From NCBI RefSeq assembly GCF_003334765.1, contig NZ_QOWT01000016.1: a DNA stretch of 64,000 nucleotides; one strand, given 5' to 3'. The stretch is from Escherichia coli (GTDB lineage Bacteria; Pseudomonadota; Gammaproteobacteria; Enterobacterales; Enterobacteriaceae). Numbering within the stretch: position 1 is the first letter of the stretch; each line of letters starts with the position of its first letter. Position numbers and translations under genes: made by a program. A model generated the notes under the pieces. It was not told the origin of the DNA. It saw nothing but the letters and a program-made list of their open reading frames with translations, and searched no databases. Shown here in pieces: positions 38,748 through 50,186 of the stretch.

Positions 38748-40145
38748 ATTTTTACCCGAGTCGCTAATTTTTGCCGCAAGGTGCTAAGCCGCGAGGAAAG
38801 CGAGGCTGAACAGGCAGTCGCCCGTCCACAGGTGACGGTGATCCCGCGTGAGCAGCATGCTATTTCCCGCAAAGATATCAGTGAAAATGCCCTGAAGGTA
38901 ATGTACAGGCTCAATAAAGCGGGATACGAAGCCTGGCTGGTTGGCGGCGGCGTGCGCGACCTGTTACTTGGCAAAAAGCCGAAAGATTTTGACGTAACCA
39001 CTAACGCCACGCCTGAGCAGGTGCGCAAACTGTTCCGTAACTGCCGCCTGGTGGGTCGCCGTTTCCGTCTGGCTCATGTAATGTTTGGCCCGGAGATTAT
39101 CGAAGTTGCGACCTTCCGTGGACACCACGAAGGTAACGTCAGCGACCGCACGACCTCCCAACGCGGGCAAAACGGCATGTTGCTGCGCGACAACATTTTC
39201 GGCTCCATCGAAGAAGACGCCCAGCGCCGCGATTTCACTATCAACAGCCTGTATTACAGCGTAGCGGATTTTACCGTCCGTGATTACGTTGGCGGCATGA
39301 AGGATCTGAAGGACGGCGTTATCCGTCTGATTGGTAACCCGGAAACGCGCTACCGTGAAGATCCGGTACGTATGCTGCGCGCGGTACGTTTTGCCGCCAA
39401 ATTGGGTATGCGCATCAGCCCGGAAACCGCAGAACCGATCCCTCGCCTCGCTACCCTGCTGAACGATATCCCACCGGCACGCCTGTTTGAAGAATCGCTT
39501 AAACTGCTACAAGCGGGCTACGGTTACGAAACCTATAAGCTGTTGTGTGAATATCATCTGTTCCAGCCGCTGTTCCCGACCATTACCCGCTACTTCACGG
39601 AAAATGGCGACAGCCCGATGGAGCGGATCATTGAACAGGTGCTGAAGAATACCGATACGCGTATCCATAACGATATGCGCGTGAACCCGGCGTTCCTGTT
39701 TGCCGCCATGTTCTGGTACCCACTGCTGGAGACGGCACAGAAGATCGCCCAGGAAAGCGGCCTGACCTATCACGACGCTTTCGCGCTGGCGATGAACGAC
39801 GTGCTGGACGAAGCCTGCCGTTCACTGGCAATCCCGAAACGTCTGACGACATTAACCCGCGATATCTGGCAGTTGCAGTTGCGTATGTCCCGTCGTCAGG
39901 GTAAACGCGCATGGAAACTGCTGGAGCATCCTAAGTTCCGTGCGGCTTATGACCTGTTGGCCTTGCGAGCTGAAGTTGAGCGTAACGCTGAACTGCAGCG
40001 TCTGGTGAAATGGTGGGGTGAGTTCCAGGTTTCCGCGCCACCAGACCAAAAAGGGATGCTCAACGAGCTGGATGAAGAACCGTCACCGCGTCGTCGTACT
40101 CGTCGTCCACGCAAACGCGCACCACGTCGTGAGGGTACCGCATGA
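38748..40145 (+). CDS. pcnB: Poly(A) polymerase I
   Basis: Reading frame open from 38727 (TTG); the established initiator is the non-canonical AUU, here ATT at 38748-38750 with gagg 8 nt upstream; nucleotidyltransferase motif [10 protein letters not shown]; stop overlaps folK start. Confidence 0.85.
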
Positions 40146-40621
40146 CAGTGGCGTATATTGCCATAGGCAGCAATCTGGCCTCTCCGCTGGAGCAGGTCAA
40201 TGCTGCCCTGAAAGCATTAGGCGATATCCCTGAAAGCCACATTCTTACCGTTTCTTCGTTTTACCGCACCCCACCGCTGGGGCCGCAAGATCAACCCGAT
40301 TACTTAAACGCAGCCGTGGCGCTGGAAACCTCTCTTGCACCTGAAGAGCTACTCAATCACACACAGCGTATTGAATTGCAGCAAGGTCGCGTCCGCAAAG
40401 CTGAACGCTGGGGACCACGCACGCTGGATCTCGACATCATGCTGTTTGGTAATGAAGTGATAAATACTGAACGCCTGACCGTTCCGCACTACGATATGAA
40501 GAATCGTGGATTTATGCTGTGGCCGCTGTTTGAAATCGCGCCGGAGTTGGTGTTTCCTGATGGGGAGATGTTGCGTCAAATCTTACATACAAGAGCATTT
40601 GACAAATTAAACAAATGGTAA
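40142..40621 (+). CDS. folK: 6-hydroxymethyl-7,8-dihydropterin pyrophosphokinase
   Basis: 159-aa ORF; ATGA overlap with pcnB stop. Confidence 0.93.
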
Positions 40622-40990
40622 TTTATTTATATTGCGAATATAAATATTTTCTGAAAATCATATCTCATCTCTTTCCTTAATTACGATTTTAGTTTAAACA
40701 TCTCTTTGCGGAAATAATATAACTTCCTATAAATAAATATCAATCCCATCTCCATACCCTAACCAATTGCACTTGTGAACTTATTTTTACTTAATTTTGA
40801 ATTAAGTAAATTTAATTTGTTCAAAAGCTTCTAAAGTGCACAATAGGCGACCTAATGAACAATGGTTGTAAATTTGGGTAACAAATATCATTGCTCATTA
40901 ATATCTAACATTTGTTTCTCCTATTTGTGTCATGAATAGTCATTCTTCAAACATGTAGTCTGACTAATGGAATTTTATTAAAGGATTTTT
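40622..40990 (+). promoter_or_regulatory. AT-rich upstream region of the yad fimbrial operon
   Basis: 369-bp strongly AT-rich spacer with many A/T tracts immediately upstream of yadN; typical of nucleoid-protein-silenced fimbrial promoters. Confidence 0.6.
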
Positions 40991-41575
40991 ATGTCTAAAA
41001 AATTAGGTTTTGCCCTGTCTGGTCTTATGCTGGCGATGGTTGCAGGTACTGCTTCTGCTGATATGGACGGCGGTCAGTTAAATATCAGTGGTCTGGTTGT
41101 TGATAACACCTGTGAAACCCGCGTTGACGGCGGTAACAAGGATGGTCTGATCCTGCTGCAAACCGCAACCGTTGGTGAAATCGATGCTGGCGTACTGAAT
41201 GACACCGTTGGCGCTAAAGCTAAACCTTTCAGCATCACCGTTGACTGCAGCAAAGCAAATCCGAATCCAGGTAGCACGGCTAAAATGACCTTCGGTTCTG
41301 TTTTCTTTGGTAACAGCAAAGGGACTTTGAACAACGACATGTCTATTAACAACCCATCTGACGGCGTTAATATCGCTCTACACAATATTGATGGTTCCAC
41401 TATCAAACAGGTTCAAATTAACAACCCTGGCGATGTGTATACTAAAGCCCTGGATGCAACGACAAAATCTGCTGTTTATGATTTTAAAGCGTCTTACGTT
41501 CGTGCCGTCGCAGACCAAACAGCAACTGCTGGTTATGTAAAAACTAACACTGCATACACCATTACTTATCAGTAA
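40991..41575 (+). CDS. yadN: Fimbrial major-subunit-like protein
   Basis: 194-aa ORF with signal peptide ([23 protein letters not shown]) and fimbrial-subunit features; first gene of chaperone-usher cluster. Confidence 0.85.
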
Positions 41576-41672
41576 GTATTCACCAGTTAAATTGATTGAA
41601 TGAATATACAGGGAATAATAATTTCTATTTTATATTATTCCCTGTTTTAATTAACTCTATCAGGGATGGTTT

Positions 41673-42413
41673 ATGTTTTTTAACACCAAACATACAACAG
41701 CTTTATGCTTCGTAACCTGTATGGCTTTTAGTTCATCGTCTATTGCGGACATTGTCATTTCGGGTACTCGCGTAATATATAAAAGCGATCAAAAAAGTGT
41801 CAACGTACGTCTGGAAAATAAAGGGAATAACCCGTTGCTTGTCCAGAGTTGGTTAGATACTGGCGATGACAACGCTGAGCCTGGCAGTATTACAGTCCCT
41901 TTTACTGCTACGCCGCCAGTATCGCGTATTGATGCCAAACGTGGGCAAACAATCAAATTAATGTACACAGCCAGCACCTCACTGCCTAAAGACAGAGAGA
42001 GCGTGTTCTGGTTTAACGTACTGGAAGTTCCACCAAAACCAGATGCAGAAAAGGTCGCGAATCAAAGCCTGCTGCAACTGGCATTTCGCACACGTATAAA
42101 ACTTTTCTATCGCCCGGATGGATTGAAGGGAAATCCCTCTGAAGCCCCGTTAGCCCTGAAGTGGTTCTGGTCAGGTTCAGAAGGTAAGGCGTCATTACGA
42201 GTGACCAATCCAACCCCTTACTACGTCTCTTTTAGCAGTGGTGATTTAGAAGCTAGCGGTAAACGCTATCCGATTGATGTGAAAATGATTGCACCATTTA
42301 GTGATGAGGTCATGAAAGTCAATGGCCTTAATGGCAAAGCGAATTCTGCAAAAGTGCATTTTTACGCCATTAATGACTTTGGTGGCGCAATTGAAGGTAA
42401 TGCCAGGCTGTAA
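41673..42413 (+). CDS. yadV: Periplasmic pilus chaperone (PapD-like)
   Basis: 246-aa ORF with signal peptide and PapD-family pattern. Confidence 0.88.
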   Translation: MFFNTKHTTALCFVTCMAFSSSSIADIVISGTRVIYKSDQKSVNVRLENKGNNPLLVQSWLDTGDDNAEPGSITVPFTATPPVSRIDAKRGQTIKLMYTASTSLPKDRESVFWFNVLEVPPKPDAEKVANQSLLQLAFRTRIKLFYRPDGLKGNPSEAPLALKWFWSGSEGKASLRVTNPTPYYVSFSSGDLEASGKRYPIDVKMIAPFSDEVMKVNGLNGKANSAKVHFYAINDFGGAIEGNARL

Positions 42414-42447
42414 TCAGGCAAGGATATAATTCCGCAGGAAGCATAGC

Positions 42448-45045
42448 GTGACTATAGAATATACTAAAAATTATCATCATCTGACCCGTATCGCCACGTT
42501 TTGCGCGCTGCTGTATTGCAATACTGCTTTCAGTGCTGAACTCGTTGAATATGACCATACCTTCCTGATGGGGCAGAATGCATCTAATATTGATCTCAGC
42601 CGGTACAGTGAAGGTAACCCCGCTATACCGGGTGTTTACGACGTCAGTGTTTATGTAAACGACCAACCAATCATTAACCAAAGTATTACATTTGTCGCAA
42701 TTGAAGGAAAAAAGAACGCCCAGGCTTGTATCACATTAAAGAATTTATTGCAGTTTCATATTAATTCTCCCGATATAAATAACGAAAAAGCCGTTCTGCT
42801 TGCCAGGGATGAAACGCTCGGCAATTGCCTCAATTTGACGGAAATTATCCCTCAGGCTTCTGTTCGTTATGACGTTAACGATCAACGTCTGGATATAGAC
42901 GTTCCTCAAGCCTGGGTAATGAAAAATTACCAAAACTATGTTGATCCATCGTTATGGGAAAACGGCATTAATGCGGCCATGTTGTCATACAACCTCAACG
43001 GATATCATAGTGAAACCCCTGGTCGAAAAAATGAAAGCATTTATGCTGCATTTAACGGTGGGATGAATTTAGGTGCATGGCGACTGCGTGCCTCGGGCAA
43101 CTACAACTGGATGACCGATTCTGGCAGTAATTATGATTTTAAGAATCGGTATGTTCAGCGTGATATCGCCTCGCTGCGTTCTCAACTCATTCTTGGTGAG
43201 TCTTATACGACGGGCGAAACCTTTGATTCCGTCAGTATCCGAGGCATTCGTTTATACAGTGACAGCCGCATGTTGCCTCCGACTTTAGCCAGCTTTGCGC
43301 CTATCATTCATGGCGTTGCCAATACCAACGCCAAAGTCACTATTACGCAAGGTGGCTATAAGATTTATGAAACGACGGTGCCGCCAGGCGCTTTCGTCAT
43401 TGATGATCTGAGTCCGTCAGGGTACGGCAGCGATCTTATTGTTACCATCGAAGAATCCGATGGCTCAAAGCGGACATTCTCGCAACCTTTCTCATCCGTT
43501 GTTCAAATGTTACGCCCTGGCGTTGGACGTTGGGATATTAGCGGCGGTCAGGTCTTAAAAGATGATATTCAGGATGAGCCTAATTTATTTCAAGCAAGCT
43601 ACTACTACGGCCTGAATAACTATCTGACGGGTTATACCGGTATTCAGATAACCGATAATAACTATACCGCTGGTTTGTTAGGTCTTGGTCTGAATACTTC
43701 AGTTGGTGCATTTTCTTTCGATGTGACTCATTCCAATGTTCGTATCCCGGATGATAAAACATACCAGGGGCAAAGTTATCGTGTTTCCTGGAACAAGTTA
43801 TTCGAAGAAACAAGTACTTCACTGAATATCGCGGCCTATCGCTATTCGACACAGAATTACCTTGGTCTTAATGATGCACTAACTCTAATTGATGAAGTGA
43901 AACATCCCGAACAAGATCTTGAACCGAAATCCATGCGTAATTACTCACGCATGAAAAATCAGGTTACGGTCAGTATTAACCAACCGTTGAAATTTGAGAA
44001 AAAAGATTACGGTTCATTTTATCTTTCCGGAAGTTGGTCCGATTACTGGGCTTCCGGACAAAATCGTAGCAATTACTCTATTGGCTACAGTAACAGTACA
44101 TCCTGGGGCAGCTACAGTGTCAGTGCCCAGCGTTCATGGAATGAAGACGGCGACACTGACGATAGCGTTTATCTTAGTTTCACCATTCCAATTGAAAAAT
44201 TACTTGGCACTGAACAACGTACTTCAGGTTTCCAGAGTATTGATACTCAAATAAGCAGTGACTTTAAGGGTAATAACCAACTCAACGTTAGCAGCAGTGG
44301 CTATAGCGATAACGCTCGCGTCAGTTATAGCGTGAATACTGGCTATACGATGAATAAAGCCAGCAAAGATTTGAGTTATGTTGGGGGTTATGCCAGCTAT
44401 GAGTCACCATGGGGAACGCTGGCAGGTTCAATTTCTGCAAATAGCGATAACAGCCGTCAAGTTTCTCTCAGCACCGACGGTGGTTTTGTATTGCATAGCG
44501 GTGGACTGACTTTCAGTAATGATAGTTTTAGCGACTCCGATACACTGGCGGTAGTTCAGGCTCCAGGTGCTCAAGGAGCGCGAATAAATTATGGCAACAG
44601 TACTATCGATCGATGGGGTTATGGTGTCACCAGCGCTCTTTCTCCTTATCATGAAAACCGTATCGCGCTGGATATCAACGATCTTGAGAACGATGTTGAA
44701 TTAAAAAGTACCAGTGCAGTAGCTGTACCGCGTCAGGGTTCAGTCGTCTTTGCTGATTTTGAAACCGTGCAAGGGCAATCAGCCATTATGAACATCACAC
44801 GAAGTGATGGTAAAAATATTCCATTTGCTGCAGATATTTATGATGAGCAAGGCAATGTCATTGGTAATGTTGGACAGGGTGGACAAGCATTTGTTCGTGG
44901 TATTGAGCAGCAGGGAAATATCAGCATTAAATGGCTCGAACAAAGTAAACCCGTAAGTTGTCTTGCGCATTATCAACAAAGCCCAGAAGCAGAAAAAATA
45001 GCACAATCTATTATTCTGAATGGAATTCGGTGTCAGATTCAGTAA
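42448..45045 (+). CDS. htrE: Outer-membrane fimbrial usher
   Basis: 865-aa ORF; large beta-barrel usher with C-terminal Cys pair. Confidence 0.9.
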   Translation: MTIEYTKNYHHLTRIATFCALLYCNTAFSAELVEYDHTFLMGQNASNIDLSRYSEGNPAIPGVYDVSVYVNDQPIINQSITFVAIEGKKNAQACITLKNLLQFHINSPDINNEKAVLLARDETLGNCLNLTEIIPQASVRYDVNDQRLDIDVPQAWVMKNYQNYVDPSLWENGINAAMLSYNLNGYHSETPGRKNESIYAAFNGGMNLGAWRLRASGNYNWMTDSGSNYDFKNRYVQRDIASLRSQLILGESYTTGETFDSVSIRGIRLYSDSRMLPPTLASFAPIIHGVANTNAKVTITQGGYKIYETTVPPGAFVIDDLSPSGYGSDLIVTIEESDGSKRTFSQPFSSVVQMLRPGVGRWDISGGQVLKDDIQDEPNLFQASYYYGLNNYLTGYTGIQITDNNYTAGLLGLGLNTSVGAFSFDVTHSNVRIPDDKTYQGQSYRVSWNKLFEETSTSLNIAAYRYSTQNYLGLNDALTLIDEVKHPEQDLEPKSMRNYSRMKNQVTVSINQPLKFEKKDYGSFYLSGSWSDYWASGQNRSNYSIGYSNSTSWGSYSVSAQRSWNEDGDTDDSVYLSFTIPIEKLLGTEQRTSGFQSIDTQISSDFKGNNQLNVSSSGYSDNARVSYSVNTGYTMNKASKDLSYVGGYASYESPWGTLAGSISANSDNSRQVSLSTDGGFVLHSGGLTFSNDSFSDSDTLAVVQAPGAQGARINYGNSTIDRWGYGVTSALSPYHENRIALDINDLENDVELKSTSAVAVPRQGSVVFADFETVQGQSAIMNITRSDGKNIPFAADIYDEQGNVIGNVGQGGQAFVRGIEQQGNISIKWLEQSKPVSCLAHYQQSPEAEKIAQSIILNGIRCQIQ

Positions 45046-45061
45046 CTACAAGGGACGTCAA

Positions 45062-45631
45062 ATGATAAAAACAACGCCACATAAAATAGTGATACTGATG
45101 GGAATATTATTATCACCCTCAGTATTTGCAACGGATATTAATGTAGAGTTTACAGCCACTGTCAAAGCGACAACCTGTAACATCACACTTACTGGTAATA
45201 ACGTCACGAATGATGGCAATAATAACTACACATTGAGAATCCCTAAGATGGGTCTGGATAAGATCGCGAATAAAACGACAGAATCTCAGGCTGATTTTAA
45301 ACTGGTTGCCAGTGGGTGCAGCAGTGGCATCAGTTGGATTGATACCACTCTGACCGGAAATGCATCATCAAGCTCACCTAAGCTTATTATACCGCAGTCT
45401 GGTGATTCATCTTCGACGACAAGTAATATCGGTATGGGTTTCAAAAAACGGACTACTGATGATGCCACTTTCCTTAAACCTAACAGTGCGGAAAAGATAC
45501 GCTGGAGCACAGACGAGATGCAGCCCGATAAGGGTCTTGAAATGACCGTTGCGCTACGTGAAACAGATGCAGGGCAAGGCGTACCGGGGAATTTTCGTGC
45601 ACTGGCGACGTTTAATTTCATCTATCAATAA
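45062..45631 (+). CDS. yadM: Fimbrial-like minor subunit
   Basis: ORF track starts at 45020, but start placed at ATG 45062 (MIKTTPHKIVILMGILLSPSVFA signal peptide), 189 aa. Confidence 0.8.
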   Translation: MIKTTPHKIVILMGILLSPSVFATDINVEFTATVKATTCNITLTGNNVTNDGNNNYTLRIPKMGLDKIANKTTESQADFKLVASGCSSGISWIDTTLTGNASSSSPKLIIPQSGDSSSTTSNIGMGFKKRTTDDATFLKPNSAEKIRWSTDEMQPDKGLEMTVALRETDAGQGVPGNFRALATFNFIYQ

Positions 45632-45642
45632 GAAGGATAATT

Positions 45643-46248
45643 ATGATGACATTTAAAAATTTACGTTATGGATTATCCAGCAGTGTCGTTTTGGCTGCCT
45701 CATTGTTCAGCGTACTCTCTTATGCGGCAACAGACAGTATTGGACTGACCGTTATTACTACTGTAGAAATGGGTACTTGTACCGCTACATTAGTAAATGA
45801 CTCTGATCAGGACATTTCTGTTGTTGATTTTGGTGATGTATATATTTCTGAAATCAATGCCAAGACCAAAGTAAAAACATTCAAACTCAAATTCAAAGAC
45901 TGTGCGGGTATCCCCAATAAAAAAGCGCAAATAAAATTAACCAAGCGAGCCACATGCGAGGGAACTGCTAATGACGGTGCGGGGTTTGCAAATGGTTCCA
46001 CAGCCGCAGATAAAGCAAGTGCTGTCGCCGTTGAAGTCTGGAGCACTGTAACTCCGGCAACAGGGAGTGCAACACAATTTAGCTGTGTAACACCAGCATC
46101 ACAAGAGGTAACAATCTCCACTGCAGCCAATGCGGTCGTTTATTATCCGATGAGTGCACGCCTGGTCGTGGAAAAAAATAAAACCGTAAACAATGTCACT
46201 GCGGGTAAGTTTTCTGCACCAGCCACATTTACAGTAACCTATAACTAA
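45643..46248 (+). CDS. yadL: Fimbrial-like minor subunit
   Basis: 201-aa ORF with signal peptide and Cys pair. Confidence 0.8.
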   Translation: MMTFKNLRYGLSSSVVLAASLFSVLSYAATDSIGLTVITTVEMGTCTATLVNDSDQDISVVDFGDVYISEINAKTKVKTFKLKFKDCAGIPNKKAQIKLTKRATCEGTANDGAGFANGSTAADKASAVAVEVWSTVTPATGSATQFSCVTPASQEVTISTAANAVVYYPMSARLVVEKNKTVNNVTAGKFSAPATFTVTYN

Positions 46249-46274
46249 CAGACTTACAGATTCAGGAACTATAT

Positions 46275-46871
46275 ATGCATCCCACTCAACGTAAGCTGAT
46301 GAAGAGAATAATTCTGTTTCTGTCATTACTGTTTTGCATCGCCTGTCCAGCCATTGCTGGACAGGATATTGACCTTGTTGCCAATGTAAAAAACAGCACC
46401 TGCAAAAGCGGAATCAGTAACCAGGGTAATATTGATCTTGGCGTCGTTGGGGTGGGATATTTTTCAGGTAATGTTACTCCTGAAAGTTATCAACCAGGTG
46501 GAAAAGAGTTCACTATCACTGTATCCGACTGTGCATTACAGGGAACTGGCGATGTGCTAAATCAGTTACATATTGATTTTAGAGCCCTTAGCGGTGTCAT
46601 GGCTGCTGGCTCTAGGCAAATATTTGCTAATGAAATTTCGTCAGGAGCAAGTAATGTAGGAGTAGTTATATTTTCTACTCAGGATTCGGCGAATACATTC
46701 AATGTTCTTAATGCTTCAGGCGGATCTCGTTCCGTTTATCCAGTAATGTCGGATGACATGAATGGTTCATCCTGGAAATTTAGCACCCGAATGCAAAAAA
46801 TCGATCCTGCATTGAGTGTTACATCTGGTCAACTTATGAGCCATGTGTTAGTGGATATTTACTACGAATAA
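46275..46871 (+). CDS. yadK: Fimbrial-like minor subunit
   Basis: 198-aa ORF with signal peptide. Confidence 0.8.
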   Translation: MHPTQRKLMKRIILFLSLLFCIACPAIAGQDIDLVANVKNSTCKSGISNQGNIDLGVVGVGYFSGNVTPESYQPGGKEFTITVSDCALQGTGDVLNQLHIDFRALSGVMAAGSRQIFANEISSGASNVGVVIFSTQDSANTFNVLNASGGSRSVYPVMSDDMNGSSWKFSTRMQKIDPALSVTSGQLMSHVLVDIYYE

Positions 46872-46920
46872 CAAACAAAAACAGCGCAAACCATAACAAT
46901 AAAGAAACATTGGAGTAAAA

Positions 46921-48159
46921 ATGAAGACTATCTTCAGGTACATTCTTTTTTTAGCACTGTATTCTTGTTGTAATACAGTCAGTGCATATACAAGTTTTAT
47001 TGTGGGAAATAATGCAGGAGTTGATAACTATCGAGGCCCCTCCACTGCCGCACAGATGACCTTTAATTACACATCAACAGCAAGCAACTTGGTTTTTTAT
47101 AAACCCACGCAGCTCGGCCCGACTGGGGTAAAAATGTACTGGTCATACCTGGATACAGGTACCGGTGGTGGTATTCTTTACTGCAATACATCTGGCAGAG
47201 CGAATCCTGGTCCAATAACTATTGAAAATGCCATGGTCTATTCAGGTAAAGATTATGGCGGACATAAACTATTTAATACATCTGTTCCTGGTCTGTATTA
47301 CACCATGTTAATATCAAGGGTCTGGTCTGCATACGATACAATAACTGACATTCAATCGCCAGGAATCTATATCGGAGATCCTTCCAACCAAGAATTTTTC
47401 TTTTCCGTCACAGACAGCGATCTACAAACTAAGGGTTGCAACAAAGCAGACGACTACGATAAGTTTTGGGCTATTGGTGGTATAGTACACAACATAACTG
47501 TTGAATTTTATACAGATACTAATTTCGATCCTACACTTAATCAGCAAGTCCAGTTATCCAGTTCATCAAATTACCTTTATTCGTTTAAGGCCTACAGTCC
47601 TGGTACAAAAGTTGTAGATCACAGCAACCACATTTATGTCAATTTCACACTGAATAATGTCAAATTAACCTTACCAACATGTTTTACCTCCATACTTACC
47701 GGGCCATCAGTCAATGGTTCAACGGTTAGAATGGGAGAATATAGCTCTGGGACAATTAAAAATGGCGCTTCACCTGTTCCCTTTGATATCTCGCTTCAGA
47801 ATTGTATTCGTGTGCGTAATATTGAAACAAAACTCGTCACTGGAAAAGTAGGTACTCAAAACACACAACTGCTTGGTAATACGCTTACTGGAAGCACTGC
47901 CGCCAAAGGCGTTGGCGTACTCATTGAAGGTTTAGCAACCAGTAAAAATCCGCTAATGACATTAAAACCTAATGATACGAATTCTGTTTATATAGATTAT
48001 GAAACCGAAGATGACACCTCCGATGGGGTTTACCCTAATCAAGGTAACGGCACATCACAGCCTCTTCATTTCCAGGCAACATTAAAGCAAGACGGGAATA
48101 TTGCTATCGAACCCGGCGAATTTAAAGCCACCAGTACTTTCCAGGTAACCTATCCCTGA
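46921..48159 (+). CDS. yadC: Fimbrial tip-adhesin-like two-domain subunit
   Basis: 412-aa ORF with signal peptide; size fits an adhesin (lectin domain plus pilin domain); last gene of cluster. Confidence 0.8.
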
Positions 48160-48163
48160 TAAC

Positions 48164-48198
48164 GTAGCAGCACTGTCACCTTCTGGCAGTGCTGCTAC
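48164..48198 (+). terminator. Hairpin terminating the yad operon
   Basis: Perfect 12-bp stem gtagcagcactg/cagtgctgctac starting 5 bp after yadC stop; weak U-run. Confidence 0.55.
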
Positions 48199-48272
48199 GG
48201 ATAAATCATTGCCCCCACCAATGTGACTGATAAAATGCCAGACAGCACAACATCAATTTATCAGGATACGTT

Positions 48273-49067
48273 ATGAAACCGACCACCATCTCCTTACTGC
48301 AGAAGTACAAACAGGAAAAAAAACGTTTCGCGACCATCACCGCTTATGACTATAGCTTCGCCAAACTCTTTGCTGATGAAGGGCTTAACGTCATGCTGGT
48401 GGGCGATTCGCTGGGCATGACGGTTCAGGGGCACGACTCCACCCTGCCAGTTACCGTTGCCGATATCGCCTACCACACTGCCGCCGTACGTCGCGGCGCA
48501 CCAAACTGCCTGCTGCTGGCTGACCTGCCGTTTATGGCGTATGCCACGCCGGAACAAGCCTTCGAAAACGCCGCAACGGTTATGCGTGCCGGTGCTAACA
48601 TGGTCAAAATTGAAGGCGGTGAGTGGCTGGTAGAAACCGTACAAATGCTGACCGAACGTGCCGTTCCTGTATGTGGTCACTTAGGTTTAACACCACAGTC
48701 AGTGAATATTTTCGGTGGCTACAAAGTTCAGGGGCGCGGCGATGAAGCGGGCGATCAACTGCTCAGCGATGCATTAGCCTTAGAAGCTGCTGGGGCACAG
48801 CTGCTGGTGCTGGAATGCGTGCCGGTTGAACTGGCAAAACGTATTACCGAAGCACTGGCGATCCCGGTTATTGGCATTGGCGCAGGCAACGTCACTGACG
48901 GGCAGATCCTCGTGATGCACGACGCCTTTGGTATTACCGGCGGTCACATTCCTAAATTCGCTAAAAATTTCCTCGCCGAAACGGGCGACATCCGCGCGGC
49001 TGTGCGGCAGTATATGGCTGAAGTGGAGTCCGGCGTTTATCCGGGCGAAGAACACAGTTTCCATTAA
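48273..49067 (+). CDS. panB: 3-methyl-2-oxobutanoate hydroxymethyltransferase
   Basis: 264-aa [36 protein letters not shown]... Confidence 0.95.
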
Positions 49068-49078
49068 GGAGTCACGTT

Positions 49079-49930
49079 GTGTTAATTATCGAAACCCTGC
49101 CGCTGCTGCGTCAGCAAATTCGCCGCCTGCGTATGGAAGGCAAGCGCGTGGCGCTGGTGCCTACCATGGGTAACCTGCACGATGGCCATATGAAGCTGGT
49201 CGACGAAGCCAAAGCCCGCGCCGATGTGGTCGTCGTCAGTATTTTCGTTAACCCGATGCAGTTCGACCGCCCGGAAGATCTGGCTCGTTATCCACGGACC
49301 TTGCAGGAGGACTGCGAGAAGCTAAACAAACGTAAAGTGGATTTAGTTTTCGCCCCTTCGGTAAAAGAGATCTACCCGAACGGTACTGAAACCCACACTT
49401 ACGTTGACGTTCCTGGCCTTTCGACCATGCTGGAAGGTGCCAGCCGTCCGGGACATTTTCGCGGCGTTTCGACTATTGTCAGCAAGCTGTTCAACCTGGT
49501 CCAGCCGGACATCGCCTGCTTCGGTGAAAAAGATTTTCAGCAACTGGCGCTGATCCGCAAAATGGTTGCCGATATGGGCTTCGATATTGAGATTGTCGGT
49601 GTGCCAATTATGCGCGCCAAAGACGGTCTGGCGCTAAGTTCCCGTAACGGTTATCTGACGGCGGAACAACGCAAAATTGCGCCTGGTCTGTACAAAGTTT
49701 TAAGTTCGATTGCTGACAAATTGCAGGCTGGGGAACGGGATCTCGATGAAATTATTACCATTGCGGGGCAAGAACTGAATGAAAAAGGCTTCCGCGCCGA
49801 TGATATTCAGATTCGCGATGCCGACACATTGCTGGAAGTTTCTGAAACCAGCAAACGGGCAGTAATTCTGGTAGCCGCCTGGCTTGGCGATGCTCGCCTG
49901 ATCGACAACAAAATGGTCGAGCTGGCGTAA
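49079..49930 (+). CDS. panC: Pantothenate synthetase
   Basis: 283-aa ORF, GTG start; class I-like motif [10 protein letters not shown]. Confidence 0.95.
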   Translation: MLIIETLPLLRQQIRRLRMEGKRVALVPTMGNLHDGHMKLVDEAKARADVVVVSIFVNPMQFDRPEDLARYPRTLQEDCEKLNKRKVDLVFAPSVKEIYPNGTETHTYVDVPGLSTMLEGASRPGHFRGVSTIVSKLFNLVQPDIACFGEKDFQQLALIRKMVADMGFDIEIVGVPIMRAKDGLALSSRNGYLTAEQRKIAPGLYKVLSSIADKLQAGERDLDEIITIAGQELNEKGFRADDIQIRDADTLLEVSETSKRAVILVAAWLGDARLIDNKMVELA

Positions 49931-50003
49931 TACTTAACTGGCGCTACGGCTGATGGCGCCAGTTATTAATTTACCCCACGTCATCTGTCATAACACAGGT
50001 AAC

Positions 50004-50186
50004 TTAAATAAGGTTAATTACCTTATCAATCTCAGCAAGAGGTAAATTTGCCATCTCTGCAACGTCTTCCCGAGACATTCCTTTACTCAGAAGACGCTGG
50101 GCGAATTCCTGACTTACTTCCTGTCTTCCCTGCTGAATCCCCTTCTCAATCCCTTTCTCTTCAAACCACTGCGCCAGCGTCATCAT
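50004..50186 (-). CDS. Candidate intragenic small protein (60 aa) in the rpnC frame
   Basis: In-frame tandem ATG-ATG (50184-50186, 50181-50183) with Shine-Dalgarno-like GGGAGGGGAG 7 nt upstream (plus-strand ctcccctccc, 50191-50200); product MMTLAQWFEEKGIEK...VINLI. Confidence 0.35.
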   Translation of the reverse strand: MMTLAQWFEEKGIEKGIQQGRQEVSQEFAQRLLSKGMSREDVAEMANLPLAEIDKVINLI

